Positions 29,176-37,733 of a stretch of DNA of 64,000 nt are shown here, in pieces. Every line of letters starts with the position of its first letter. Position 1 is the stretch's first letter. Location of the stretch: the NCBI GenBank assembly GCA_903885505.1, contig CAISIU010000033.1:13325-77324 (forward strand), written 5' to 3'. The translations under genes and the position numbers were made by a program. Source of the DNA: an uncultured Actinomycetes bacterium. GTDB lineage: Bacteria; Actinomycetota; Acidimicrobiia; Acidimicrobiales; RAAP-2. The notes below the pieces were generated by a model. It was not told the DNA's origin. It saw only the letters and a program-made list of their open reading frames with translations, and did not search any database.

Positions 29176-31056
29176 ATGGAGCCCGTTCTCGACCAGCGAA
29201 TCTTTAGCGGTCGCTATCAAATCACCCACCTCATTGCCCGAGGCGGAATGGCGATTGTGTATCGCGCCCACGACCAGCTGCTGAATCGCTCCGTGGCGCT
29301 CAAAGTGCTCTACCCCGAACTCTCGAACGACCCCACTTTTGTGGAGCGTTTCCGGCGCGAGGCGCAGGCCGCCGCGAACTTGTCGCACCCCAACATCGTC
29401 CCGGTTTTTGACTGGGGCGAAGAGCGCGGCACCTACTTCATCGTGATGGAACTCATTGATGGCGTGTCGCTCGCGGGCAAGTTGCACGAGGTCGGCACCC
29501 TGTCGGCCACCGAAGCCGTGCGCATCACCGCGGCCGTCGCGAGTGCCCTGTCGTACGCACACCGCACTGGCGTCGTCCACCGTGACGTCAAGCCCGGCAA
29601 CATTCTTCTTACTGCCGATGGCCAAGTAAAGGTCACCGACTTTGGTATCGCCCAGGCCATTTCGACACACGACAATCTGACCCAAGCCGGATCGGTGATG
29701 GGGACGGCGACGTACTTCTCACCTGAGCAGGCCGAAGGACAAGCCGTCGATGGTCGCTCCGACGTGTACTCGCTGGGTGTCGTTCTCTACGAAATGTTGA
29801 CCGGCCGTCCTCCCTTCGTGGGCGACTCACCGGTCGCGGTGGCGTCGATGCACGTGCGCCAGGCATTGACACCCGCGCGTTCGATTAATCCGGCTATTCC
29901 GTCAGACCTCGACGCCATCGTGACTAAGGCGTTGGCCAAGCGACTGCCGGAGCGTTATCCCACGGCGGATGACCTGCGGTCAGACCTTCTTCGTTACGCC
30001 CAGGGTGAGCCCATCGTGCCGCGCGGCCGTGGTGGTTACGTCGACGACGCCACTCGCTCCGTCGCGGCTGTCACCGGCGAGCGCACCCAAGCGGTGCCGG
30101 TGATGAGCGGACCGCGCACCGACGTGCGCGGGCGTCGTCGTGGCGTCAACCCCCTCTGGTATGCCGCGGCTGCCATCATCGTGATCGTGGCCGCCGTCGG
30201 TGGTTACCTCGCCTTTAAGCCGACCACGGTGTCGCGCATGCCCAACGTGGTGGGTGAAACCATCACCTCGGCGACCTCGACCATTACGGGTGACGGTCTC
30301 GTGGTGGGTTCCACCAATCTCGTGGCGTCCTCAGAGCCCAGTGGCACCGTCGTGTCCTCGAAGCCGGCCGCGGGCGAACACGTCACACGCGGCCAAGCCG
30401 TGACCTTGAACGTCAGCTTGGGTCAGTCCTCGACTCCCGTCACCATTCCGAACGTTGTGGGCAATGACCTCTCGACCGCGGAAAGCACGTTGACCGGTGA
30501 CAAGTTGTCAGTGAAGATTGAGTTCACCTCGACCGCCCCCGCCGGCTCGTTGCCTAACGTCGTGCTTAACCAAACGCCTCCCGGTGGCAGCAGTGGCCAC
30601 ACCGGTGACCAGGTGATTTTGCAAGTGCTCTCACCGAGTTCGATGTACCCGGTGCCGGACATTGTCAACCAGACGCAGCTGCAAGCGGCCGCCATCTTGG
30701 GTCAGGCATCGTTGACCGTGGGCGCCGAACCAACGCAGGCCTGTTCGAACAATGTGCCGTCCGGCAACGTGGTGGGAACGACGCCGGCTATCGGTACTCC
30801 AGTGAAGTCGGGCACCACCATCAACTTCATCATCTCCACGGGATACTGCAATGTGGTCGTGCCGAGCGTGATTGGCCTGACGATGGCGGACGCCACCGCG
30901 GCCCTGCAGGCTCAGGGACTCATCGGAAACTTCGTGACCTTGACTTCGGGGTGTACGTCGTACAACGACTACGTCTTGACGCAGAATCAGCAAACGCCGG
31001 GTTCGTCGCTGCCGTACGGATCAGCGGTGACCGTGGGCTATTGCCCCGCTCAATAG
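29176..31056 (+). CDS. pknB: Ser/Thr protein kinase with extracellular PASTA repeats
   Basis: Hanks kinase motifs (RGGMAIVYRA, VALKVL, HRDVKPGNILL, DFGIA, SPEQA), single TM (LWYAAAAIIVIVAAVGGYLAF), then four repeats of about 65 aa starting PNVVG/IPNVVG/PDIVN/VPSVIG. Confidence 0.9.
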   Translation: MEPVLDQRIFSGRYQITHLIARGGMAIVYRAHDQLLNRSVALKVLYPELSNDPTFVERFRREAQAAANLSHPNIVPVFDWGEERGTYFIVMELIDGVSLAGKLHEVGTLSATEAVRITAAVASALSYAHRTGVVHRDVKPGNILLTADGQVKVTDFGIAQAISTHDNLTQAGSVMGTATYFSPEQAEGQAVDGRSDVYSLGVVLYEMLTGRPPFVGDSPVAVASMHVRQALTPARSINPAIPSDLDAIVTKALAKRLPERYPTADDLRSDLLRYAQGEPIVPRGRGGYVDDATRSVAAVTGERTQAVPVMSGPRTDVRGRRRGVNPLWYAAAAIIVIVAAVGGYLAFKPTTVSRMPNVVGETITSATSTITGDGLVVGSTNLVASSEPSGTVVSSKPAAGEHVTRGQAVTLNVSLGQSSTPVTIPNVVGNDLSTAESTLTGDKLSVKIEFTSTAPAGSLPNVVLNQTPPGGSSGHTGDQVILQVLSPSSMYPVPDIVNQTQLQAAAILGQASLTVGAEPTQACSNNVPSGNVVGTTPAIGTPVKSGTTINFIISTGYCNVVVPSVIGLTMADATAALQAQGLIGNFVTLTSGCTSYNDYVLTQNQQTPGSSLPYGSAVTVGYCPAQ

Positions 31057-31619
31057 CGACGCGAGAGAAAGGTGGCCCACATCGCGGGGCCATCGGGCGT
31101 CAATACTGACTCGGGGTGAAACTGCACCCCTTCGAGTGGCCACTCACGGTGACGAACACCCATGACCACGCCATCGACCTCAGCCGTGACTTCTAAACAG
31201 TCCGGCATGGTTGCGGGGTCAATCACGAGAGAGTGATACCTCGTCGCGGTGATCGGCGAAGGTAGTCCGGCAAAAACCCCGAGACCCTGGTGAGTAATGG
31301 GGCTGACCTTGCCGTGCATGATGCTGGGGGCACCCACGATGGATCCGCCAAAGACGTGGCCAATGGCTTGCAGGCCGAGGCACACACCGAAAATGGGAAT
31401 GATGGGGCCAAAGCGGGTGATCACGTCGCAGGTAATACCGGCGTCTTCGGGGCGACCGGGCCCGGGCGACAAGATGATGGCGCGCGGCGCGAGGCGGGCG
31501 ATGTCATCGAGGGTGACGGCGTCATTACGAACGACATCGACCTGCGCACCGAGGACGCCAATCTCCTGCACGATGTTGTACGTAAAGGAATCGTAATTAT
31601 CGATGACGAGAACGTCCAC
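31050..31619 (-). CDS. trpG: Glutamine amidotransferase, anthranilate/aminodeoxychorismate synthase component II
   Basis: MDVLVIDNYDSFTYNIVQ, nucleophile elbow GVCLGLQ and C-terminal GVQFHPES. Stop region overlaps the pknB stop by 7 nt. Confidence 0.85.
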   Translation of the reverse strand: MDVLVIDNYDSFTYNIVQEIGVLGAQVDVVRNDAVTLDDIARLAPRAIILSPGPGRPEDAGITCDVITRFGPIIPIFGVCLGLQAIGHVFGGSIVGAPSIMHGKVSPITHQGLGVFAGLPSPITATRYHSLVIDPATMPDCLEVTAEVDGVVMGVRHREWPLEGVQFHPESVLTPDGPAMWATFLSRRY

Positions 31620-31662
31620 GTGCCGGACACTACCGTGCGCCGGCGAGGGGTATCATCGCCCC

Positions 31663-31959
31663 ATGGCAAAGCGTGGTCCTGGTCGAGTTTCACAACCTGG
31701 TAAGTCGTCGCGTGTCGGCAAGTACACCGACCCCGTCGCGAGTGGTCGCATCACCGTCACCCCTGAGTCGGTGACGAAGGCGCACGAATCCAGCCCACGC
31801 TGGTTCGGCATTGCGATCTTGGCTGCCATGATTGTGGGCGCTCTCGTCATCATGTTGAACTACTTCCAGGCCCTGCCGGGTGCCGCCTCGCCGTGGTACC
31901 TCCTGGTCGGCTTGGTGTTCATCATGACCGGCTTCGCGGGCGCCACTCGATATAAATAG
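31663..31959 (+). CDS. crgA: Cell division protein CrgA
   Basis: 98 aa from the internal ATG: basic N-tail, then two TMs (SPRWFGIAILAAMIVGALVIMLNY and WYLLVGLVFIMTGFAGA). It occupies the conserved position next to trpG/pknB. The track start 31603 would overlap the trpG start. Confidence 0.7.
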   Translation: MAKRGPGRVSQPGKSSRVGKYTDPVASGRITVTPESVTKAHESSPRWFGIAILAAMIVGALVIMLNYFQALPGAASPWYLLVGLVFIMTGFAGATRYK

Positions 31960-31972
31960 TTCTCGAAAAAAC

Positions 31973-32005
31973 AAAACTCCCCGGGGCATCGCCCCGGGGA
32001 GTTTT
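31973..32005. terminator. Bidirectional intrinsic terminator (crgA / thiolase)
   Basis: AAAACTCCCCGGGGC-ATC-GCCCCGGGGAGTTTT, a 15-bp perfect stem with an A-run on one side and a T-run on the other. Confidence 0.7.
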
Positions 32006-32020
32006 GCGTTGGTGAACTAG

Positions 32021-33199
32021 TTACTTAACGCGCTCAATGATGGTGGCGTTGGCGAGGCCGCCGCCTTCGCACATGGTGAGCAGACCGTAACGGCCATCGG
32101 TGCGCTCGAGCTCGTTGAGCAAGGTGGCGCACAACTTCGTGCCCGAGGCACCCAGAGGGTGTCCGAGAGCGATGGCGCCACCGTTGACGTTGACCTTCGA
32201 CATGTCGGCGTTCAGTTCCTTCTCCCACGCGAGCGGCACCGAGGCGAAAGCCTCGTTGATCTCGACGAGGTCGATGTCGTCCATGCTGAGACCGGTCTTC
32301 TCCAAGATCTTCTTGGTGGCCGGGATGGGACCCGTCAACATCGTGACGGGGTCCACGCCAGCGAGGGCGAAGCTGTGGAACTTGGCGCGGATCTTAAAGC
32401 CCAGCTTGTTGGCCGTCTCTTCGCTCATGATGAGAACCGCCGATGCACCGTCGGTGATCTGCGAGCTGTTACCGGCCGTGACCTTGCCGTCTTCCTTGAA
32501 CGCGGCCTTGAGCTTGGCGAGACTCTCGACGGACGAACCCTCACGGATACCTTCATCGGCGGTCATGATGTCGTCGGTGAAGTTACCCTCATCGTCCTTA
32601 ATGCGAATGGGAACGATTTCGTTCTCGAAGCGACCCTCGGCGGTGGCCTGCGCGGCACGGCGGTGGCTCTCGGCGCTGAAGGCGTCGAGGTCGGTGCGGG
32701 TGATGTCCCACTGGTCCGCGATCATCTCGGCACCAATGCCCTGGCCCTTGAGGCCACCCTTGTCTTCGTAGCGAGCAAAGACCGTGGCACCGAAGGGGAA
32801 GCCCGAGTCCTTGCCAATGGAGCTGCCCATGGCGACGGTGGACATGACTTCCACACCCGCGGCGATGACGATGTCATACGCGCCGGCCATCACGCCTTGC
32901 GCGGCGAAGTGCAGAGCCTGCTGGCTCGAACCACACTGACGGTCAATGGTCGTGGCGGGCACCGACTCGGGCCATCCGGCCGCGAGAACGGCGCTGCGGC
33001 CGACGTTGAAGGCCTGCGCGCCGACTTGGCTCACGCAGCCCATGATGACGTCGTCCACGAGGGCGGGGTCGAGGTTGTTGCGCTCCGCGATGGCCTTGAG
33101 GGCCTCGGCAGCGAGATCAACGGGGTGCCAGTTACGGAGCTTTCCACCGCGCTTACCACCAGGGGTGCGCACGGCGTCAACGATGACGGCGGTCGGCAT
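32021..33199 (-). CDS. Acetyl-CoA C-acetyltransferase (thiolase)
   Basis: MPTAVIVDAVRTPGGKRGG, active-site Cys in IDRQCGSSQQAL, NVNGGAIALGHPLGASG and CEGGGLANA. The track ORF runs on to 33700, but the upstream 166 codons lack thiolase similarity. ATG 33199 follows AAAGGAC. Confidence 0.9.
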   Translation of the reverse strand: MPTAVIVDAVRTPGGKRGGKLRNWHPVDLAAEALKAIAERNNLDPALVDDVIMGCVSQVGAQAFNVGRSAVLAAGWPESVPATTIDRQCGSSQQALHFAAQGVMAGAYDIVIAAGVEVMSTVAMGSSIGKDSGFPFGATVFARYEDKGGLKGQGIGAEMIADQWDITRTDLDAFSAESHRRAAQATAEGRFENEIVPIRIKDDEGNFTDDIMTADEGIREGSSVESLAKLKAAFKEDGKVTAGNSSQITDGASAVLIMSEETANKLGFKIRAKFHSFALAGVDPVTMLTGPIPATKKILEKTGLSMDDIDLVEINEAFASVPLAWEKELNADMSKVNVNGGAIALGHPLGASGTKLCATLLNELERTDGRYGLLTMCEGGGLANATIIERVK

Positions 33200-33295
33200 A
33201 TAAGTCCTTTCGATGTGACTGTTTCTGAGCCTAGACCGAGACTCACTGTCCGTGGTCGGACTAGCGTTCGCCGTGTGAGTGACGGATTTAAGAAC

Positions 33296-33718
33296 ATGGA
33301 TCGTTGGCTGGGCGACGGCGGAATGCCCATTATTCCCGCGGTCGGCGCGGCTATTACCGCCTACGGCGTGGACGGAGAAGACCTCGGCTGGGCCGAAGGC
33401 ACCTTCACTCCCACCGAACTGGCCTGCAACCCGCACCAGGGAGTGCAGGCGGGGGTTCACTCCGTACTCCTCGACGCTCTCATGAACTTCGCCATCAACG
33501 CGGCCATGACGGGCAAGGACCGTACTCGCGCCACCATCGAAATGAAGACGGAACTCATGCGCCCCGCCACCTTGGGGGGCACCTATCGCTTGCGCGGTGA
33601 CGTGGTTCGCGCTGGCAAGCAAGTTGCTTATGGCGAAGCCGTCATCACCGACGAAAACGGCAAGCTGATTTCCCGTGCCACCGGCACCTTCTTGCTGCAC
33701 CGCGAGAGCGAGCAGTAA
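33296..33718 (+). CDS. PaaI-family (hotdog-fold) thioesterase
   Basis: This is the last 140 codons of the 519-aa track ORF (MDRWLGDGG...NPHQGVQAGVHSVLLDALMNFAI...G.YRLRGDVVRAGKQVAYGEAVITDENGKLISRATGTFL). The first 379 codons are antisense to the thiolase and are not a gene. Confidence 0.7.
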   Translation: MDRWLGDGGMPIIPAVGAAITAYGVDGEDLGWAEGTFTPTELACNPHQGVQAGVHSVLLDALMNFAINAAMTGKDRTRATIEMKTELMRPATLGGTYRLRGDVVRAGKQVAYGEAVITDENGKLISRATGTFLLHRESEQ

Positions 33719-33721
33719 GTC

Positions 33722-34678
33722 CTAGATGTGGTCGGCGGGGATTTGACCCAGTCGGCCGGCTTGGTAGTCCTCGAAGGCCTGCACGAGTTCCTCACGGGTG
33801 TTCATCACGAAGGGACCGTAGGCCGCGACGGGCTCGCCAATGCGTTCGCCACCCAAGATCAGAACTTCGAGTGCCTGGGTGCGTGAGTCCTGCGTGTCGG
33901 CGGCCGCAATGACGAGCAGATCACCGTCTTTGTGCACGGCCATCTGACCCGTGTGAATGGCTTCACGGTCGACACCAACAAAACCGTCGCCGGCCAACAC
34001 GTAGGTGAGTGCGTTGTAGTCCGCCGGCCACGGCAGGGCGATGGCACCACCGGGCATGATCGTGACGTGCGCGAGAGCGATGGGTGTGTGCGTGACGCCG
34101 GGCCCGGCGGCACCGGCCACCTCGCCCGCGATGACGCGGACAATGGCGTCACCCTGTTCGTTGCGGCGAAGGGTGATGCCCTCCGCGCTGATGTCTTGGT
34201 AGCGCGGCGCGGTCATCTTGAGCCGACTCGGCAAGTTCACCCAGAGCTGAATACCGTGGAAGAGACCGCCCGAATCAATCAGCGCGTCTGGCGGACGCTC
34301 GATGTGCAAGATGCCGGCGCCGGCCGTCATCCATTGCGTGGCCCCGTTTTCGATCACGCCACCGCCACCGATGGAGTCTTGGTGAAGGAAGGTGCCCTCC
34401 ATCATGTAGGTCACAGTCTCAAAACCACGGTGGGGGTGCCACGGCGTGCCCTTCGGCTCGCCCGGGCCGTAGTCAACCTCACCCATTTGGTCCATGTGAA
34501 TGAAGGGGTCGAGGTCGGCCATCTCGATACCGAAGAAGGCGCGACGAACCGGAAAGCCCTCACCCTCCGTGCCCTGGGGGGCGGTGGTGATGCGGGTGAC
34601 TCGACGAGGTCGAGCCCCGGCGGCGGGGGCGTCGATGATCTCGAGCTCGAGGGGGTTAGCGGGGGTAACGGCAGGCAT
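33722..34678 (-). CDS. Pirin-family protein
   Basis: Bicupin with HPHRGFETVTYMMEG and GATQWMTAGAGILHIE. Confidence 0.85.
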   Translation of the reverse strand: MPAVTPANPLELEIIDAPAAGARPRRVTRITTAPQGTEGEGFPVRRAFFGIEMADLDPFIHMDQMGEVDYGPGEPKGTPWHPHRGFETVTYMMEGTFLHQDSIGGGGVIENGATQWMTAGAGILHIERPPDALIDSGGLFHGIQLWVNLPSRLKMTAPRYQDISAEGITLRRNEQGDAIVRVIAGEVAGAAGPGVTHTPIALAHVTIMPGGAIALPWPADYNALTYVLAGDGFVGVDREAIHTGQMAVHKDGDLLVIAAADTQDSRTQALEVLILGGERIGEPVAAYGPFVMNTREELVQAFEDYQAGRLGQIPADHI

Positions 34679-34733
34679 GAACCCACACTACGGGTAATAG
34701 ATGAACTTTCACTAAGCGGGAGAGCGAATCTCT

Positions 34734-36065
34734 TTATCCCTGGTAGTGACCCTCGATGGCTGACAATGCTCGGTCGAGGCGCGTCAGACCCTCACGCGCG
34801 TCGTCGTCGCTGACGGTGCAGGGCGGAACCACGTGCAGGCGGTGGTAGTTCATGAAGGGAAGGAGTCCCTCGCGTCGACAGGCCGCACCCAGCTCAACCA
34901 TCGCCGGTGAGGTGCCACCGTAGGGAGCAAGTGGCTCCTTGGTTTCGCGATTCGACACGAGGTCGAGGGCGAAGAACACGCCGCGACCACGCACCTCACC
35001 AATAACGGGGTGCTTCTCGTGAAGGGCGAGAAGTCCGGGTCCCAAGATTTCCTCGCCGATGCGCTTCGCGTGGCCGGGCACATCGTGCTCTTCCATGTAC
35101 GTGATGGTGGCGACGGCCGCCGCACACGCGAGGGGGTGGCCGGAGTAGGTCAGACCACCGGGGTAGACGCGGTCGCTAAAGACGTGGGAAATCGCCTCAT
35201 TGATGATGACGCCACCGAGCGGCACGTATCCGGAGTTGACGCCCTTGGCGAAGGTCACGAGGTCGGGGGCGACGTCGAACTGGTCATAGGCGAACCATGA
35301 TCCGGCGCGGCCGAACCCCGCCATCACTTCGTCGGCGATGTAGACGATGTTGTACTTCGTGCACAGGGCACGAACGCCGGCCAAGTAGCCCGGCGGCGGC
35401 ACCATGATGCCGGCGGTTCCCGGAATGCTTTCCAGAATCAGCGCCGCGATGGTCGACGGGCCTTCAAAAGTGATCACTTGCTCGAGGTGGGCCAACGCGC
35501 GCTCGCATTCGTCCGCTTCCGTCGTGGCGTGAAAGTGGCTGCGATACAAGAAGGGACCAAAGAAGTGAACGACGCCGGCAGATGCCGTGTCCACGGCCCA
35601 ACGACGGTGGTCGCCGGTGAGGTTGATGGACGTGGCCGTCGCCCCGTGATAGCTGCGGTATGCCGCGAGCACCTTGGGCTTGCCGGTGGCGAGTCGCGCC
35701 ATACGCACCGCGTGCTCGACAGCTTCCGTGCCGCCGTTAGTGAAGAAGACCTTGTCGGCACCGTCGAAGGAGTGAGCCAAGATCTTTTCGGCCGCTTCGT
35801 AGCGTGCACGATTGCCGTGCTGTGGGGCAATGGTGGTGAGAGTTCGTGCTTGTTCGACGATGGCGTCGACGACCTCGGCGCGCTGATGTCCAATGTTGGT
35901 GTTCACCAGTTGGCTGGAAAAGTCCAAATACTCCTTGCCGTCTTCGTCGACCACGGTGGAGTCGTGCGCGGAGGCCACCATGAGGGGATTGATCGAGGCT
36001 TGGGCCGACCACGAATGGAAAACGGAGCGCTTTTCGCGCTCGACGGACGATAGGAACTCGGACAT
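34734..36065 (-). CDS. Class III (omega) aminotransferase
   Basis: FTNGGTEAVE, ADEVMAGFGRAGSWF and PLP-Lys context VTFAKGVNSGYVPLG. ATG 36065 preceded by GAGGTGA is preferred over the track start 36104. Confidence 0.85.
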   Translation of the reverse strand: MSEFLSSVEREKRSVFHSWSAQASINPLMVASAHDSTVVDEDGKEYLDFSSQLVNTNIGHQRAEVVDAIVEQARTLTTIAPQHGNRARYEAAEKILAHSFDGADKVFFTNGGTEAVEHAVRMARLATGKPKVLAAYRSYHGATATSINLTGDHRRWAVDTASAGVVHFFGPFLYRSHFHATTEADECERALAHLEQVITFEGPSTIAALILESIPGTAGIMVPPPGYLAGVRALCTKYNIVYIADEVMAGFGRAGSWFAYDQFDVAPDLVTFAKGVNSGYVPLGGVIINEAISHVFSDRVYPGGLTYSGHPLACAAAVATITYMEEHDVPGHAKRIGEEILGPGLLALHEKHPVIGEVRGRGVFFALDLVSNRETKEPLAPYGGTSPAMVELGAACRREGLLPFMNYHRLHVVPPCTVSDDDAREGLTRLDRALSAIEGHYQG

Positions 36066-36091
36066 GGTCACCTCGATGGAGTTACTGAATT

Positions 36092-36139
36092 GTAGGAAGT
36101 CCACGTCAGAGTTGGGAAATTTCCTACTATTGGTAAGAT
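36092..36139 (+). promoter_or_regulatory. Putative mazEF promoter with palindromic operator
   Basis: TTGGGA (36112-36117), 16 nt, TAAGAT (36134-36139). Perfect 10-bp palindrome GGAAATTTCC (36115-36124) nested in the inverted repeat GTAGGAA (36092-36098) / TTCCTAC (36121-36127). Confidence 0.35.
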
Positions 36140-36145
36140 GAAAGT

Positions 36146-36364
36146 ATGAAAATCAGTATCAGTCTGCCAGATGATGACGTTCTCTTCCTCGACGCGTACG
36201 CGAAGAGCCAGGGAATCTCTTCTCGCTCCGCTGTCATGCACCGAGCAGTTGTTGCTCTGAAGACGTCTCACCTCGGCAATGATTACGCCGATGCGTGGCA
36301 GCAGTGGGCTGACTCGGATGGGAAAATCTGGGACGCGATGCTCTCTGACGGCGAGAGCGAATGA
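36146..36364 (+). CDS. Ribbon-helix-helix antitoxin (MazE/CopG-like)
   Basis: 72 aa. N-terminal MKISISLPDDDVLFLDAYAKSQGISSRSAVMHRAV is an RHH pattern. Acidic C-tail. ATGA overlap with the toxin gene. Confidence 0.7.
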   Translation: MKISISLPDDDVLFLDAYAKSQGISSRSAVMHRAVVALKTSHLGNDYADAWQQWADSDGKIWDAMLSDGESE

Positions 36365-36708
36365 GACGTGGCGACATTTACCTCGTGGATCTAGAACCCG
36401 CGAGAGGCAATGAGGCGAACAAGCGTCGACCAGTAGTGATTGTCAGTAACGACGGGGCCAATCAGATGGCAGAAGTAATCGGCCGAGGAGTAATCACGGT
36501 AGTTCCCGTGACCTCAACAATTGATCGCATATATGAATTCCAAGTCCTCCTTAGCGCTTTGGAGACGGGTCTCAGTAATGATTCCAAGGCTCAAGCGGAG
36601 CAGGTTCGCTCTGTATCAATTGACAGATTGGGTCCCGTGGTGGGCAAGGTGCGCGGAGCCTCACTCCAACGGTTAGATGATGCTTTGCGTCTCCATCTTG
36701 GACTCTGA
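36361..36708 (+). CDS. mazF: MazF/PemK-family endoribonuclease toxin
   Basis: MRRGDIYLVDLEPARGNEANKRRPVVIVSND...VVPVTS is the canonical MazF/PemK N-terminal signature. Confidence 0.85.
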   Translation: MRRGDIYLVDLEPARGNEANKRRPVVIVSNDGANQMAEVIGRGVITVVPVTSTIDRIYEFQVLLSALETGLSNDSKAQAEQVRSVSIDRLGPVVGKVRGASLQRLDDALRLHLGL

Positions 36709-36723
36709 GGGTCAATTAGGTAG

Positions 36724-36747
36724 CACCAATCTGCAGTGAAATTGGTG
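36724..36747. terminator. Hairpin between mazF and tRNA-Ile
   Basis: CACCAAT-(10 nt)-ATTGGTG, a 7-bp stem in the 50-bp gap between the convergent mazF and tRNA-Ile 3' ends. Confidence 0.3.
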
Positions 36748-36758
36748 GAGGTACTTCG

Positions 36759-36835
36759 TGGTGGGGCTAGTAAGAGTCGAACTTACGACCTCAGCATTAT
36801 CAGTGCTGCGCTCTAACCAACTGAGCTATAGCCCC
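36759..36835 (-). tRNA. tRNA-Ile (anticodon GAU), CCA encoded
   Basis: Reverse strand reads GGGGCTA-TA-GCTC-AGTTGGTTA-GAGC-G-CAGCA-CTGATAA-TGCTG-AGGTC-GTAAG-TTCGACT-CTTAC-TAGCCCC-A-CCA. Confidence 0.92.
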
Positions 36836-36880
36836 AAGGGAACTCAACTCTACACCACCTCGCGAGGGGGTGAATCAGGT

Positions 36881-37675
36881 TTAGCCTTCCCAGATCTTGG
36901 CGGCGATGGTCTGTGAGGCGGTGCCGAGCAATTGACCGTCTTGGCTCCAGAGAAAGCCAATGCCCTGCGCAAATCCGCCAACCAGGGCGTGCATCTGAAT
37001 GTCGACAAGGACCCATTCGGTGGGCGCCAGATTCGCAATGCGAATGGTGTTATCGAGGCTTCGACCCATGACCCTGAGGCCGAGGGGTTCCGAGTTTCCC
37101 CCCGACACGTAGTCACCAAAAATCGCCAAGGTGGCGGCGGACGTGGTGAGTTGGCCGGGGAGACGCACCCACAGGGCTGATTGCGTGGAGCCCGGCGTGC
37201 CATCGAGTTCATCAAAGGTGCGACCGAGTGCCACTCGAGTATCGAGGTTGGTGAAGATGGACTCACCCATCTGACGGGGGATGCGCCGTGGCGGACACTC
37301 GTCGGGCGCCGGAACAGTGGGCATCGTTACCCACGGAGTGGGTGAGGTCAGCGTGCCGGTGCCGAGCGCCGCGTTGATGGTGAGGATTTCCTTGTCGCCA
37401 ATGTGAGCCGTAGCTCGTGCCTGCGTGACGTGGCCACCCACGACGGCCGGGGTGACATCGAACTCCACGACCGATCCCGTCGGTGCGTAACTGAGATAGT
37501 GCGCCGACGCCCAAATCGTGGGACGCTGCGTCACTTCTTCGAGTGCCACCAATGCGGCACCCAACGCACAGCCCCCAAAGAGGAACTGTCCGGGCGTGAT
37601 GACTTTTTCGGTGACTTCGAGTCGAAAGCGAGTTTCCGAAATTTGTTCGATTCCGAGAAATTCGCGGGCTTCCAT
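36881..37675 (-). CDS. Acyl-CoA thioesterase II-like (double hotdog)
   Basis: MEAREFLGIEQISETRFRLEV...GQFLFGGCALGAALVAL...HAHIGDKEILTINAALG, with a second hotdog half ending HALVGGFAQGIGFLWSQDGQLLGTASQT. Start taken at the internal ATG 37675 (track 37735). Confidence 0.7.
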   Translation of the reverse strand: MEAREFLGIEQISETRFRLEVTEKVITPGQFLFGGCALGAALVALEEVTQRPTIWASAHYLSYAPTGSVVEFDVTPAVVGGHVTQARATAHIGDKEILTINAALGTGTLTSPTPWVTMPTVPAPDECPPRRIPRQMGESIFTNLDTRVALGRTFDELDGTPGSTQSALWVRLPGQLTTSAATLAIFGDYVSGGNSEPLGLRVMGRSLDNTIRIANLAPTEWVLVDIQMHALVGGFAQGIGFLWSQDGQLLGTASQTIAAKIWEG

Positions 37676-37733
37676 GGCGCCGAGATTATCGGGGTGTCGT
37701 GAACCCGTAGGAAAGACCGGCAGACTGGTACCC

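Noticed and set aside
32159-33295. The first 379 codons of the 519-aa plus-strand ORF, and the 166-codon upstream extension (33200-33700) of the thiolase ORF.
   Set aside because: The plus-strand stretch is antisense to the thiolase, and only its last 140 codons (from ATG 33296) look like a PaaI hotdog thioesterase. The thiolase family N-terminus (MPTAVIVDAVRTPGG) starts at ATG 33199 behind a Shine-Dalgarno sequence.
36686-36693. A match of the tRNA-Ala 3' end (CGTCTCCA) inside the end of mazF, as a possible att repeat.
   Set aside because: It is only 8 nt, which is expected by chance many times in 64 kb. No longer repeat of the tRNA-Ala or tRNA-Ile 3' ends was seen in the islet.
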